DNA of 64,000 bases from Flavobacterium sp. (GTDB lineage: Bacteria; Bacteroidota; Bacteroidia; Flavobacteriales; Flavobacteriaceae), in the NCBI GenBank assembly GCA_014377455.1, contig JACMPO010000021.1, forward strand, positions 1,903-65,902, given 5' to 3'. The position numbers and the translations under genes are program-made. The notes below the pieces were generated by a model that was given only the letters and a program-made list of their open reading frames with translations, was not told the DNA's origin and ran no database searches. Below are positions 26,991-36,740 of the stretch, one piece after another. Position 1 is the stretch's first letter, and each line of letters opens with the position of its first letter.

Positions 26991-28317
26991 CTTCTTCATT
27001 AAAATTTACTTTTAAAAGTGATAGACTATATACAAATGCTGATGCTGCTATTCGCATGGCAGCATGATTTATAGTAAGTAGCCAAAAAATTAAGAAACAA
27101 AAAATAAAAATATTTTGTTTATTATCTAACAGAAAAAAAATGGGTGTAAAAAATAAAATTAGTAGTGCTAAAACTCCAAACGATCCGTGTTCTGCTAACA
27201 TTCTTGTTAATTCATCATGTGAGGCAACAACAAATCCAAGATCTTCTAATCGGTATTCTGTTCCTTTAGCCACTCCAATTCCAAAAAATGGATTTTCTAA
27301 AAAAGCTTTTATTTCAGAAGCTGCAATGTCTTCTCTTCCAGAAAATTTGCTGACCTTAGTTCTTCCAATAGCATCTTTGTTTGCATATCGTTTACCTATT
27401 AATCCATCAGTTTTTGTCTCTGTATAAATCCAAAGAGATGAAAAAATTATTACTGAAAAAAACAACAAATATCTCAATTTTGTTTTCCCTTGATTTGTGG
27501 AATAAATAAATGAAAAAAACATTAAAATTATTGTCATTATAACACCAGTAAGCATTCCTCCTCTTGAAAATGTGATTAACGTTCGAAACCCAATGTAAAT
27601 TGCAATACTCAAATTTATAACTAAAAATAATTTAGTTTTTGAAGCTAAAAGTACTCTTGAAAAAAAGATAAACATTCCTAAACCCAGAATAGTTGATACT
27701 TGATTTGGTCCAAAACCACCTGAGGTAGCGTAATTTGAATTTGTACCGTTTAAAGCTTCTTTTAAATCAGGAGTGGAAAAAAATAAAAAAATAGCAGTGG
27801 AGAAAACTGGTAATCCAATCATTAAGAGTATATTACTCAATTCGGAAATTGTAACCCTTCTGTTAAAACAATATAAAGATGCAAAACCTAAGCAAATTGG
27901 ACCCGAAATATTAAATATAATTGTTTTTCTAATATCCAATGTTGTCAAATTTAGTGTTTGAGTTCCAATTATAACACCAGGAACTAGGAGAAGTAAGAAA
28001 ATCCAATAAGGTATTGCTTTAGAGGAAATACCGCTATAATACATTCCAAATAATACAGAAAAAAAAACTCCATACTTACCAAATTCATAAATTGGGCTGG
28101 AATCTGTCATCCGCAACAAAACCTCTGATCCAACGATATAAGCAGCAACATAAAGAACTTCATTATTTTTATTTTGAGTTTTTACTATAAAATATAAACT
28201 ACCTATTATAATTAAAACAAAATATATCTTCGAAAAAAAGGGAATTGCAAAAACACAAACACCTATAAAAAAGTGCAGTATTATCAAAAATAAATAATTT
28301 TTTTCTTTAGATTGCAT
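26965..28317 (-). CDS. O-antigen ligase / Wzy_C-family membrane protein
   Basis: About 12 TMs; GGFGPNQ; TFSRGG; SGR...F.ENPFFGIG; SHDE..RMLAEHG. Confidence 0.85.
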   Translation of the reverse strand: MQSKEKNYLFLIILHFFIGVCVFAIPFFSKIYFVLIIIGSLYFIVKTQNKNNEVLYVAAYIVGSEVLLRMTDSSPIYEFGKYGVFFSVLFGMYYSGISSKAIPYWIFLLLLVPGVIIGTQTLNLTTLDIRKTIIFNISGPICLGFASLYCFNRRVTISELSNILLMIGLPVFSTAIFLFFSTPDLKEALNGTNSNYATSGGFGPNQVSTILGLGMFIFFSRVLLASKTKLFLVINLSIAIYIGFRTLITFSRGGMLTGVIMTIILMFFSFIYSTNQGKTKLRYLLFFSVIIFSSLWIYTETKTDGLIGKRYANKDAIGRTKVSKFSGREDIAASEIKAFLENPFFGIGVAKGTEYRLEDLGFVVASHDELTRMLAEHGSFGVLALLILFFTPIFFLLDNKQNIFIFCFLIFWLLTINHAAMRIAASAFVYSLSLLKVNFNEEDEKPIIHR

Positions 28318-28325
28318 TTATGAAA

Positions 28326-29393
28326 TTATTGTAACCAATTTAAAAATTTTGTAATAACTCCCTCTTCAGAATTATTTTTTATTATTGTTTCATATAAATT
28401 TTGTCCAAAATTATTTCTTAATTCACTACTTGATATAAGTTCAGAAAGTTTTTCAAAAAATACATTTGAATCCTTATTTGGGCATATAAAACCATTAATT
28501 CCATTTTGTATAATCAAAGGGATTTCGCCAACATTAGTTACAACAACGGGTTTTTTATGTAACCCATATTCCAAAAGTGAAATTGGTAAACCCTCAGATT
28601 GAGATGTTAAAATACAAATTTCAGATTGTGAAATAATATAATTTGTGTCCATTTTCGAACCATAAATATAAACATTCTCATGTAAGCTAAATGTTATTAT
28701 ATTTTGCTTTAGATTATTTGAATAATTATCGTTAAAATCTTTTCCAACCAGATGAAAAGTCCAATCAGGATGACTTTTTTTTAATAGTAAAGCGACTTGA
28801 ATTAACAGTTCATGATTTTTTTGAAATCTTAAGTTTGCTAAACATAAAATCTGTTGTTTTGGTTTACCAAATAATTTCGTCTCACTTTTTTGATTATCAA
28901 TTATTGATGTGAAATTTGGTAAATAAATTACTTTTTCACAATTTAATTTGCTTTCAGCCCATCTTTTTAATTGATCATTAACGACTATAATTCCATCAAA
29001 AAAATAAGAAGCAATTTTTAGAGCTAAAGTTTTCCGAGAACTTAAAAATTCACTTAATCCATTGTGATCGTGCCATATAATTTTTATTTTAGGCAAACAA
29101 ATCTTAACTAAAAATGCTGTAAAAAAAGAACTACTGTGCGCTTGGAGGTATTCAATTTTATTAGTTTTACAATACTTTGTCAGTCTTAAAATTGAAATAA
29201 AATCTAAAATGTTTTTTCTTTCTAAAAATAAATAATGAACCTTATTATTTATCTTTTCTTTTAGTTTTCCTTCTTTTCTGGTAGCTACTATCCCTGAAAA
29301 TTCAATTTTATTAGAAAGTAAATTGGCATAGTTTACCGCCATTTTTTCTGCTCCACCAATTGCTAGCGAATCAATAATTTGTACTATTCGCAT
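28326..29393 (-). CDS. Glycosyltransferase family 4
   Basis: GGAEKMA; SEGLPISLLEYG...TNVGE. Confidence 0.92.
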   Translation of the reverse strand: MRIVQIIDSLAIGGAEKMAVNYANLLSNKIEFSGIVATRKEGKLKEKINNKVHYLFLERKNILDFISILRLTKYCKTNKIEYLQAHSSSFFTAFLVKICLPKIKIIWHDHNGLSEFLSSRKTLALKIASYFFDGIIVVNDQLKRWAESKLNCEKVIYLPNFTSIIDNQKSETKLFGKPKQQILCLANLRFQKNHELLIQVALLLKKSHPDWTFHLVGKDFNDNYSNNLKQNIITFSLHENVYIYGSKMDTNYIISQSEICILTSQSEGLPISLLEYGLHKKPVVVTNVGEIPLIIQNGINGFICPNKDSNVFFEKLSELISSSELRNNFGQNLYETIIKNNSEEGVITKFLNWLQ

Positions 29394-30508
29394 TTTTTAA
29401 TCAGTTTAATTATTTCACTCTCAAATTTGTCAGTTGTAAATTCTCGAGACCAATTTATTGCATTTTTACAACGCAAAATATAATCTTCTTTATCTTGAAT
29501 TAATTTCTCTACAATTAAGGAATCTAACTCTAAATTATTTGAAATTAAAACGCCCCTTTTATTATAATCTAACATATTGGGTATGCAAGAAACACTTGTC
29601 GCGATGGGCAAACAACCCCAAAACATTGCTTCGGCTATTACTTTAGGCCAACCTTCACTTTTAGAAGGAAGAATTAAAAAATTGCTTTGTTGGTATATAT
29701 CTTTTAATTTTTCTTTATCTATATTTCCTTCTATTTTTATATAATTGGACAAATTATTATTTTGTACATAACTCAATAATATATCCTTTTGAATTCCGTC
29801 ACCATAAATTGAGAGTTTGCAAAAATAACCTTTCGAATGTAATTTTTCTACAAATTTTATAGCAAATAATGGCTGTTTCCCTTCGGTTAAAGTACCCACA
29901 AAAATAAACTTTATTTCACTATTCAACAACCTAGGTTCTATACAGGTTTTTTCACTTTCAGAATAAGTTGCCGTAAAAAATGGTTTGATATTTTGAGATT
30001 GATTTTCCCATTCTCCATAAACCAAAACTTGCATATTTTTGGTCAAAAATGTATTGCTCAAAATCCATTTTTGAATTCTATAACTTATAGGTTGATTAGA
30101 ATTTGAGTACCAGTTGCCTGCATATTTTGCTGTTTTAATTTTTTTGGGGAAAAATATTTGAATTATACATCCCATTAATCCAATATTTCCAGGACAACGT
30201 AAATGGATATGATCTGCATTTTCCATTGCAATAAAAATTTGATAACAAACACTGGGCAAATATAATATTGACCAAAAAATAGATCTTACATTCTTGAAAT
30301 GTAACTTTTTTATTTCAATGAATTTAAGTTGTTTTGCATTATAAAAACTAGTTAAAGTTGAACTTTTTTTGGATGTTAATGGAGCCACAACAGTAACATC
30401 ATCAACATGTTTAATCCAAATATTCATCTCATTTACATATGGTGAATACCCATAAAATTTTTGGTTTTCTTTAGTATGAAAAACGTGCGTTATTATACAA
30501 AAATTCAT
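29384..30508 (-). CDS. Glycosyltransferase family 4
   Basis: FVGTL..GK; LPSKSEGWPKVIAEAM. Confidence 0.9.
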   Translation of the reverse strand: MNFCIITHVFHTKENQKFYGYSPYVNEMNIWIKHVDDVTVVAPLTSKKSSTLTSFYNAKQLKFIEIKKLHFKNVRSIFWSILYLPSVCYQIFIAMENADHIHLRCPGNIGLMGCIIQIFFPKKIKTAKYAGNWYSNSNQPISYRIQKWILSNTFLTKNMQVLVYGEWENQSQNIKPFFTATYSESEKTCIEPRLLNSEIKFIFVGTLTEGKQPLFAIKFVEKLHSKGYFCKLSIYGDGIQKDILLSYVQNNNLSNYIKIEGNIDKEKLKDIYQQSNFLILPSKSEGWPKVIAEAMFWGCLPIATSVSCIPNMLDYNKRGVLISNNLELDSLIVEKLIQDKEDYILRCKNAINWSREFTTDKFESEIIKLIKKCE

Positions 30509-30513
30509 GCTTT

Positions 30514-31512
30514 TTATTTTATTTGAGGTTTTCTAAAAATAATTGAAAACCATCCAACAATCCGACCTAAAAATTCTGTAAATGCTTCTTTTTTATTTTT
30601 ATCAGTTAAGCTATTGAATAATCTAATAAATGCAAGTAACAACGTTATTAAATGCCATTTTACTATTGCATTTAAAGATGGTTTTGGATATTTAACTCTC
30701 CATACATACCAACCATTTCTTACTACCATTTTACCGTAGTTATACTTATTTGGTCTTCCAGATTCGTTGTGATAATGTGCTAGCTTCGCATTAGTGTTTA
30801 CATAAAGTTTTCCTGCCTTTGAAAGTCTCAAAGTAAAATCAGCATCTTCGTAAAGTCCATAACCTTCAAAAAAAGTAGAAAATTTGAAGTTATCAAATAC
30901 CTTTTTAGGAAACGACGAAACTCCTCCCATTAATTGTTCCACATTATAAATTTTGCCAGAAGGAGGCAAAAAACTTATACTTCGACCATGAGAAAATTCA
31001 GGTAAAAATCCAGGAGATACAGTTGAATCAAGTCCTAATTTTTTCCTCAAAATAAATCGACTTCCATCTTTTCGTTTATACCCGTCGAAATAAAACTCAT
31101 TACTACTTGGTTTAAAATCATTTTTTACCGTTTCCCATTGTATTTCATTATTAATATAACCTCCAACTCCTAATGCATCAGGGAAAATAGTATAAGTTTC
31201 TAAAATTTGTTCGAAATAATCAGTTTCTAAAACAGTATCGTCATCTAAAAAACAAACAATTGTTGCTGTTTCTGACACTTTATTAATTCCAAAATTACGT
31301 TGATTAGTCAATCCTCTGTTGGTAGAATCGACTTTATGGTATTCTAGATTTTTATAATTATTTTTTACTAAAGCTAAACTAGTTTCATCATCTGAAGAGC
31401 CATCAATTATCAAAATTTGGTTTGGATAAACAGTTTGCAATTCAATGGATTCAAGCAAAGTTAATAGTGGAATAGCTCTTTTGAAAGTGCAAATAATTAA
31501 TGAAAAGTTCAT
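30514..31512 (-). CDS. Glycosyltransferase family 2
   Basis: SLIICTF.R; IIDGS; FLDDD; YGLYEDAD. Confidence 0.9.
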   Translation of the reverse strand: MNFSLIICTFKRAIPLLTLLESIELQTVYPNQILIIDGSSDDETSLALVKNNYKNLEYHKVDSTNRGLTNQRNFGINKVSETATIVCFLDDDTVLETDYFEQILETYTIFPDALGVGGYINNEIQWETVKNDFKPSSNEFYFDGYKRKDGSRFILRKKLGLDSTVSPGFLPEFSHGRSISFLPPSGKIYNVEQLMGGVSSFPKKVFDNFKFSTFFEGYGLYEDADFTLRLSKAGKLYVNTNAKLAHYHNESGRPNKYNYGKMVVRNGWYVWRVKYPKPSLNAIVKWHLITLLLAFIRLFNSLTDKNKKEAFTEFLGRIVGWFSIIFRKPQIK

Positions 31513-31521
31513 AAGTTTTTT

Positions 31522-33141
31522 TTAATTAATTATTCTAAAAACTAAATCTTCATTGTTTTTTATAACAATTTCACCAACTTGGTTAACGTCTAAAATAATT
31601 TTTTCAAATTTAGACCAATAATCTATTAATTCACTTAATGTGGGATTCCAAATTTCGTTATTTTTTATTTTTTGTCCTAAATATGTAAAATTGTGTTTTA
31701 CTTCACTATCAATGGATGTCTCACTTTTAAATAATTTTCCTCTATGATATTTTAAAGGTACAGAAAAATAAGTATGTGCAATAAAAACGCCATTTTCTAG
31801 AATTAACAAATCTATATTTTCCTTTTTTAAAGATTTTTTAAAGTCAAGCATTTCTAAAGTTTGAAATATATAAAAATCATTTTCAGAAATTGTATGTTTA
31901 AAAACTAACGGAGAAAATTTGGCAAGTTTGAATGGGATATTTTTATGTCTGCTCCAAAATAATAATACTTTGATAATAGAAAAACTGATGAGTACGAAAT
32001 TTTTCGAAAAAGTGAAAAAAGAACTTATATTTTTGTTGTAAATTAATTTTTTAAAATGAGTAGATGTTTTTTTATATCTGTTTATAATTACTTCATTTCC
32101 ATAATGATGAAAAACAATATTTTTTATCAATAGTTGAATTCTCGTAATAAAACTTTCATTTGAACTTCCGTTGTAAAAACTTGAAAGTGAAAATTGCTGC
32201 GGATTAAGTTGATTTATTACTCCAACTGTAGCTGTACCCGAATCGATATAATTCCATAAAATTTTGATATTTTTATTAATTAAATTACTTTCAAAAACTT
32301 TATTTTCGATGTTATTATTTTTATATAATGAAAGATTATAAGGTTGATATCCATGATCTATCCAAGTTTTTATGTTAGATAATGGAGGATTTAAAGTATA
32401 AAAATCATCTAAACTTTCATCGACAGATTTTATAGATTGTGATAACGAGTGATAACATAATTCATGAGCCTCTTTTTGCCATTTGAGCAACTCTTTATAG
32501 TCATTTTGAAAAGAAGCATTATCATCTCGTTTAGAAAAATGATTTAAAAAAAAACCTTTGGTGATTTTAATACCATGCTCTTTGAAAAATTCGCGTTGTA
32601 ATTTTAAATTTAAGGCTGTATCAAAATCACAATGGTCTGTAAAAACGGCTACTGCGCTAAATGGATGAATAGATCTGCTAAATTCAACTGCATTTTTCAG
32701 ACTGAATAACAAAACGGGAAATTGTTGAAAACGGAATTTTTGAATGGCACTTTCAACACTCTTGGTGTTGTTTATTCCTTGATAATTTGTTATTGGATTG
32801 GCATGTTGTGGATTAAATTTCCATAATAATTGTTTGTTATTATTTTTGTCAATTTCCCAAATTCCATCTGTAATATTGGATTGTACAAAAAAACCATTTT
32901 GAAGTTTTAAAATTTTAGGACAAAATTGATTTGCTACATAATTTGATTTTGTAGAAACCCAATTATAATCGTGATTTCTATACTCTAAGATGGTTAGGTC
33001 AAAATTAATTTCAAAAGTAAAACTATTCCCATAATCTAAATTTAATTGTTCAAAATTAAAAATACATTTTGCTTTATTTACGAATGAAAAATTAAGATTT
33101 TCAGTGATTTCACTTGTAATTATTTTGATTGAATTAATCAT
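31522..33141 (-). CDS. Hypothetical protein with possible deacetylase-like (NodB/CE4-type) barrel
   Basis: FTDHCD, ELCYHS, WIDHG and FIAHTY spaced like metal-binding motifs; no certain family. Confidence 0.5.
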   Translation of the reverse strand: MINSIKIITSEITENLNFSFVNKAKCIFNFEQLNLDYGNSFTFEINFDLTILEYRNHDYNWVSTKSNYVANQFCPKILKLQNGFFVQSNITDGIWEIDKNNNKQLLWKFNPQHANPITNYQGINNTKSVESAIQKFRFQQFPVLLFSLKNAVEFSRSIHPFSAVAVFTDHCDFDTALNLKLQREFFKEHGIKITKGFFLNHFSKRDDNASFQNDYKELLKWQKEAHELCYHSLSQSIKSVDESLDDFYTLNPPLSNIKTWIDHGYQPYNLSLYKNNNIENKVFESNLINKNIKILWNYIDSGTATVGVINQLNPQQFSLSSFYNGSSNESFITRIQLLIKNIVFHHYGNEVIINRYKKTSTHFKKLIYNKNISSFFTFSKNFVLISFSIIKVLLFWSRHKNIPFKLAKFSPLVFKHTISENDFYIFQTLEMLDFKKSLKKENIDLLILENGVFIAHTYFSVPLKYHRGKLFKSETSIDSEVKHNFTYLGQKIKNNEIWNPTLSELIDYWSKFEKIILDVNQVGEIVIKNNEDLVFRIIN

Positions 33142-34174
33142 CTCCTCTCAAAATTTTATTTTTGAAAATAGTATGTATTTTTTCAAAATAAGGTTCTCTA
33201 GATAGAAATTCGTTCCATAATATTAAATTATCCGACTGCATTTTTATGAAATGTTCCTTTGAAATGTTATTATGAAAATCAATAAATTTTGACTCAAAAT
33301 TAAGCTTGTCTAGTAACAAACAATGTTTACTCCAGTCAATTTGTTCGTGCATCGGTAACCTAAAATCACTTTTTATCACTACTGGAATTCTTCCCATTGC
33401 TAAAGTTTCGTAAAATCGAACTGAAAAATTACCAGCACCTCTTAAACAAAATATATATGGATTATCTTGAATGTTTTGATAAAACTCTAACGTAGTTTTT
33501 GTTTTTTCGCTTTCCTTTTTTACACCAGCTCGATATTTATCTCGAAAAATAAAGTTAGTTTTAATAGCTTTATTATGTTGCAGTTTTTTTAAAAAATTAT
33601 AACGTTTGCAACTAGACGGATAAAAAAACTGTGCATCAGTATGAATAATTTTAAAAAATCGTTTGGCACAATATCTCAAATAAAGTACATATTCTGATAT
33701 GTATTTTTTAATCGAACCATTTGCATTTCCAACAAAACCAATAGTAGGCCTCGGGTCTTTTAAAATTGGCTGAAACGAAATTCCTAATTTACCATCATAC
33801 GGATTGTTAATAAAACTAGGTAAAATAAATGTTTTATAATTTAATTTACTTTCAAATCCCGAGGCTCTAAAGGTGTATACATCTTTATCAATTGTAATTC
33901 CATAATCGCCGGCGGTATAAATCCAAACAATTTTTTTTAAACTAAGGGCATTATCTATAAAATTATTAAGCCAGATTTTATCTTTTTCATTTGAATAAAA
34001 ATAATTAATATCTACTGGAACAATAACAATATCTGCATCGTTTATATTAGAAATAATTTTATAAAGATGATTACTTGAAGCATTTGGAATAAAATGCAAG
34101 TCAAAAAGCAACGGAAAAACAATTTTTCTATTTTTAGGATTTAAAAAATTAGAGTCAGTATATATTTTTAACAT
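33134..34174 (-). CDS. Exostosin-like (GT47) glycosyltransferase
   Basis: IGFVGN...R...FCLRGAGNFSVRFYETLAMGRIPVVI, the C-terminal exostosin-domain pattern. Confidence 0.75.
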   Translation of the reverse strand: MLKIYTDSNFLNPKNRKIVFPLLFDLHFIPNASSNHLYKIISNINDADIVIVPVDINYFYSNEKDKIWLNNFIDNALSLKKIVWIYTAGDYGITIDKDVYTFRASGFESKLNYKTFILPSFINNPYDGKLGISFQPILKDPRPTIGFVGNANGSIKKYISEYVLYLRYCAKRFFKIIHTDAQFFYPSSCKRYNFLKKLQHNKAIKTNFIFRDKYRAGVKKESEKTKTTLEFYQNIQDNPYIFCLRGAGNFSVRFYETLAMGRIPVVIKSDFRLPMHEQIDWSKHCLLLDKLNFESKFIDFHNNISKEHFIKMQSDNLILWNEFLSREPYFEKIHTIFKNKILRGDD

Positions 34175-34215
34175 TTGATATTTTGAAGCCTGTAGTTGAT
34201 GCCGTAAATGCGCTT

Positions 34216-34223
34216 CAAATTTA
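34216..34223 (-). promoter_or_regulatory. -7 element TAAATTTG re-initiating the minus-strand operon at the exostosin gene
   Basis: CAAATTTA on +; TTTG 16 nt upstream (34240-34243). Confidence 0.5.
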
Positions 34224-34268
34224 GTTTTTTATTTTTAAACAAATAATTTTGATTTTGAAATAATATTA

Positions 34269-34276
34269 TAACTTTG
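34269..34276 (+). promoter_or_regulatory. -7 element TAACTTTG for the antisense methyltransferase
   Basis: TTTG(34248-34251)-N17-TAACTTTG fits the Flavobacterium -33/-7 layout. Confidence 0.55.
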
Positions 34277-34316
34277 AAGTGTTGATTTTGTTAAGAATTC
34301 AATTTTTTAAAAAGCC

Positions 34317-35186
34317 ATGAAACACACTTTAAAAAGTTTTATATTTAAAAGTTTAGCCACATTGCCAGATTTTTTAGGGGATTCTATTTATCATATTATC
34401 CAAGAAAAATTCAATAGTTCCTCCACAGAATCAAAAATTGAAAAATCTGAAAATACAATTAACAAGGTTATTTCTATTTGTGGGGAACTAAACATAAATT
34501 TAAAAAACATTGAGATTATTGAGATAGGTTCGGGTTGGTTTCCTATTATTCCATATTTTTTTATCTATAAATGCAAAGTAAAAAAAGTATTTACTTACGA
34601 TATAAATGCACATTATAACAAAAAAGCTATTGGAATATTTAATGGCATATTTTCTAAAATTTATAATGAAACAATAATAACATCAACCAATAATAATTAT
34701 AATTTACCAGATCAAGTATCTTATTTTCCGTCTCATAACGTCATAAATTGTGAACTTCCTAAAACACCATTAGTTTTTTCTAGATATGTTTTATCTCATG
34801 TGAAAACAAAAGATATAATAGAAATGCATAAAAAGTTTAAAAACGAATTTGCGAAAGGAACTTATATAATACATTTTATATCGCCAAGTGATTTACGACA
34901 ACATGGAGACAAATCAATATCGCAACAAGATTTTTTGAAATACAGCCAAAAAGAATGGGACAAAATAACTACAAAGTATGATTTTCACAATCGCCTGAGA
35001 TTGCCTCAATTTATAGAAATTTTTACTAGTTTGGGTTATGAAATCCTACATAAATCTTATGAAAGAGTATCTGAAAATTCATCAAATTATAATTTATTTC
35101 ACCAATTGCAATTTCACGAAGATTATAAAAAATACTCTGTAGAAGAGTTAACTGCGGGAAATATTATTTTAGTTTTAAAATCATAA
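34317..35186 (+). CDS. Class I SAM-dependent methyltransferase
   Basis: IIEIGSGW SAM motif; FSRYVLSH; HFISPSD; NRLR. The only + strand gene inside the ABC cluster. Confidence 0.75.
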   Translation: MKHTLKSFIFKSLATLPDFLGDSIYHIIQEKFNSSSTESKIEKSENTINKVISICGELNINLKNIEIIEIGSGWFPIIPYFFIYKCKVKKVFTYDINAHYNKKAIGIFNGIFSKIYNETIITSTNNNYNLPDQVSYFPSHNVINCELPKTPLVFSRYVLSHVKTKDIIEMHKKFKNEFAKGTYIIHFISPSDLRQHGDKSISQQDFLKYSQKEWDKITTKYDFHNRLRLPQFIEIFTSLGYEILHKSYERVSENSSNYNLFHQLQFHEDYKKYSVEELTAGNIILVLKS

Positions 35187-36740
35187 ATTGTTTGATTTTA
35201 AGTTTAATTTGTTCGCCCAAAAGACACTATTATTCCATTGTTTTTTAAAAACTTTATAATATTTAACAGGATTTTTAATAGCTTGTTTTTTATAATATTT
35301 AAAAAAGAGTACCGTTTTATAACTTCTTGTTTCTTGTTTAGTGTCGTGTAATATTTTATACAGCATCATTGTTGGCGAAGGTTTTGGTGCAAAAACATCA
35401 GTGTCCCAATCAAATTTAAATTGAGTTCTAAAACCACCAATGGGAGCTTTAAGATGTAAAATCATCGGTTTTGGAAAAAAAATAATATCGTGTCCTGAAT
35501 TTCTTATTTTTCTCCCAAAATCAGCATCCTCGCCAAATCCAAACTCAAAACCAATATTAAATCTTATATTATAAATAATTTCAGAAAGCACAAAACTACA
35601 GCCACTTCCAAATGTTTCCCACTGACTTGGATTTACATTAGGTATTTTTTCATTTGTTTTTAAACAAGATAAAGTTGTGGCTTTTGCATTGTATTGAATA
35701 ACATTTTGAAGACAGTTTTCTAAAAAATTACTTTCAAATCGAATATCATCATCAGCTAAAAAAACCCATTTACTTTTTATTTCATTAAGTCCAAGATTTC
35801 GAGCATTACAAACACCGAGCGTATTAGTAAAAATAGGATTAATTGTGAATGGCCAGATTTCATTTTTTAAATAATCTAATTCAGTAACCGAATTCAAAGC
35901 ACCATTTTGCTCAATAATTATTACATTTTTTGGCAATACAGTCTGATTTTTCAAGTCTAACAAAACGTCATATAAATATTTTTTCCTTCCTATTGTAGGA
36001 ATTAAAACATCTATGGTATTACTATTTAAATCAATATTTGAATTAATTAAATTTAATTTTGAAGGAACATAAGCAGAAATTGAATTTTTTTTATAAAATA
36101 ATGAAAATAAGAATGGGAAAATTGGATAACGTTTTTCGTAAACAATAAAATTAATCAATACTAATAAAACCCATCTGCTTTTGCAATGTTGTTTGATGAA
36201 TTTGAAAATAGTAAAGGTAGAAGCCGTTGGAACTATTGTAGTTTTTAATTCGTCTTTTTTAAGAAGTAATTTTGGCTCAGAATAACAAAAGAGTCCCAAA
36301 TGAATGTAAATTTTTGCCAGTGATGTTAAATAATAATCAAAATCTTTACAATTTTTAATTTCATCTTTTAATTCTAAAAAAACTGAAGCATGGGCATATC
36401 CAACACAACTACTCATTTGCCAAGTAGTATAAGTAACTGTTTTTAATATGTTTACAAATGGACTGGTTTCAAAATATCCTACCGAATGAGTAAGATAATT
36501 ATCGTTACTAGGATTAAAACTTACCAAACTATTGTTGGTTAAATTTGAAGAAGAAATTTCATCTACATTTAAATGATGTTCTAATGTTTCATGGCACCAA
36601 ACTATCTTTTGATCGGGATACTCAAATGCTAATTTCTGCATTACTTCAATAATATTTTTAAGAGAATTAAAAGGAATTATAATGTTATTTGTAGAAACAA
36701 CTTTACAAACATTGATAGTATTATGATAAACTAAAATCAT
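35181..36740 (-). CDS. Glycosyltransferase family 2 with extra N-terminal domain
   Basis: DVLIPTIGR; IIIEQ; CNARN.G; FLADDD; FGFGEDADFG. Confidence 0.88.
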   Translation of the reverse strand: MILVYHNTINVCKVVSTNNIIIPFNSLKNIIEVMQKLAFEYPDQKIVWCHETLEHHLNVDEISSSNLTNNSLVSFNPSNDNYLTHSVGYFETSPFVNILKTVTYTTWQMSSCVGYAHASVFLELKDEIKNCKDFDYYLTSLAKIYIHLGLFCYSEPKLLLKKDELKTTIVPTASTFTIFKFIKQHCKSRWVLLVLINFIVYEKRYPIFPFLFSLFYKKNSISAYVPSKLNLINSNIDLNSNTIDVLIPTIGRKKYLYDVLLDLKNQTVLPKNVIIIEQNGALNSVTELDYLKNEIWPFTINPIFTNTLGVCNARNLGLNEIKSKWVFLADDDIRFESNFLENCLQNVIQYNAKATTLSCLKTNEKIPNVNPSQWETFGSGCSFVLSEIIYNIRFNIGFEFGFGEDADFGRKIRNSGHDIIFFPKPMILHLKAPIGGFRTQFKFDWDTDVFAPKPSPTMMLYKILHDTKQETRSYKTVLFFKYYKKQAIKNPVKYYKVFKKQWNNSVFWANKLNLKSNNL

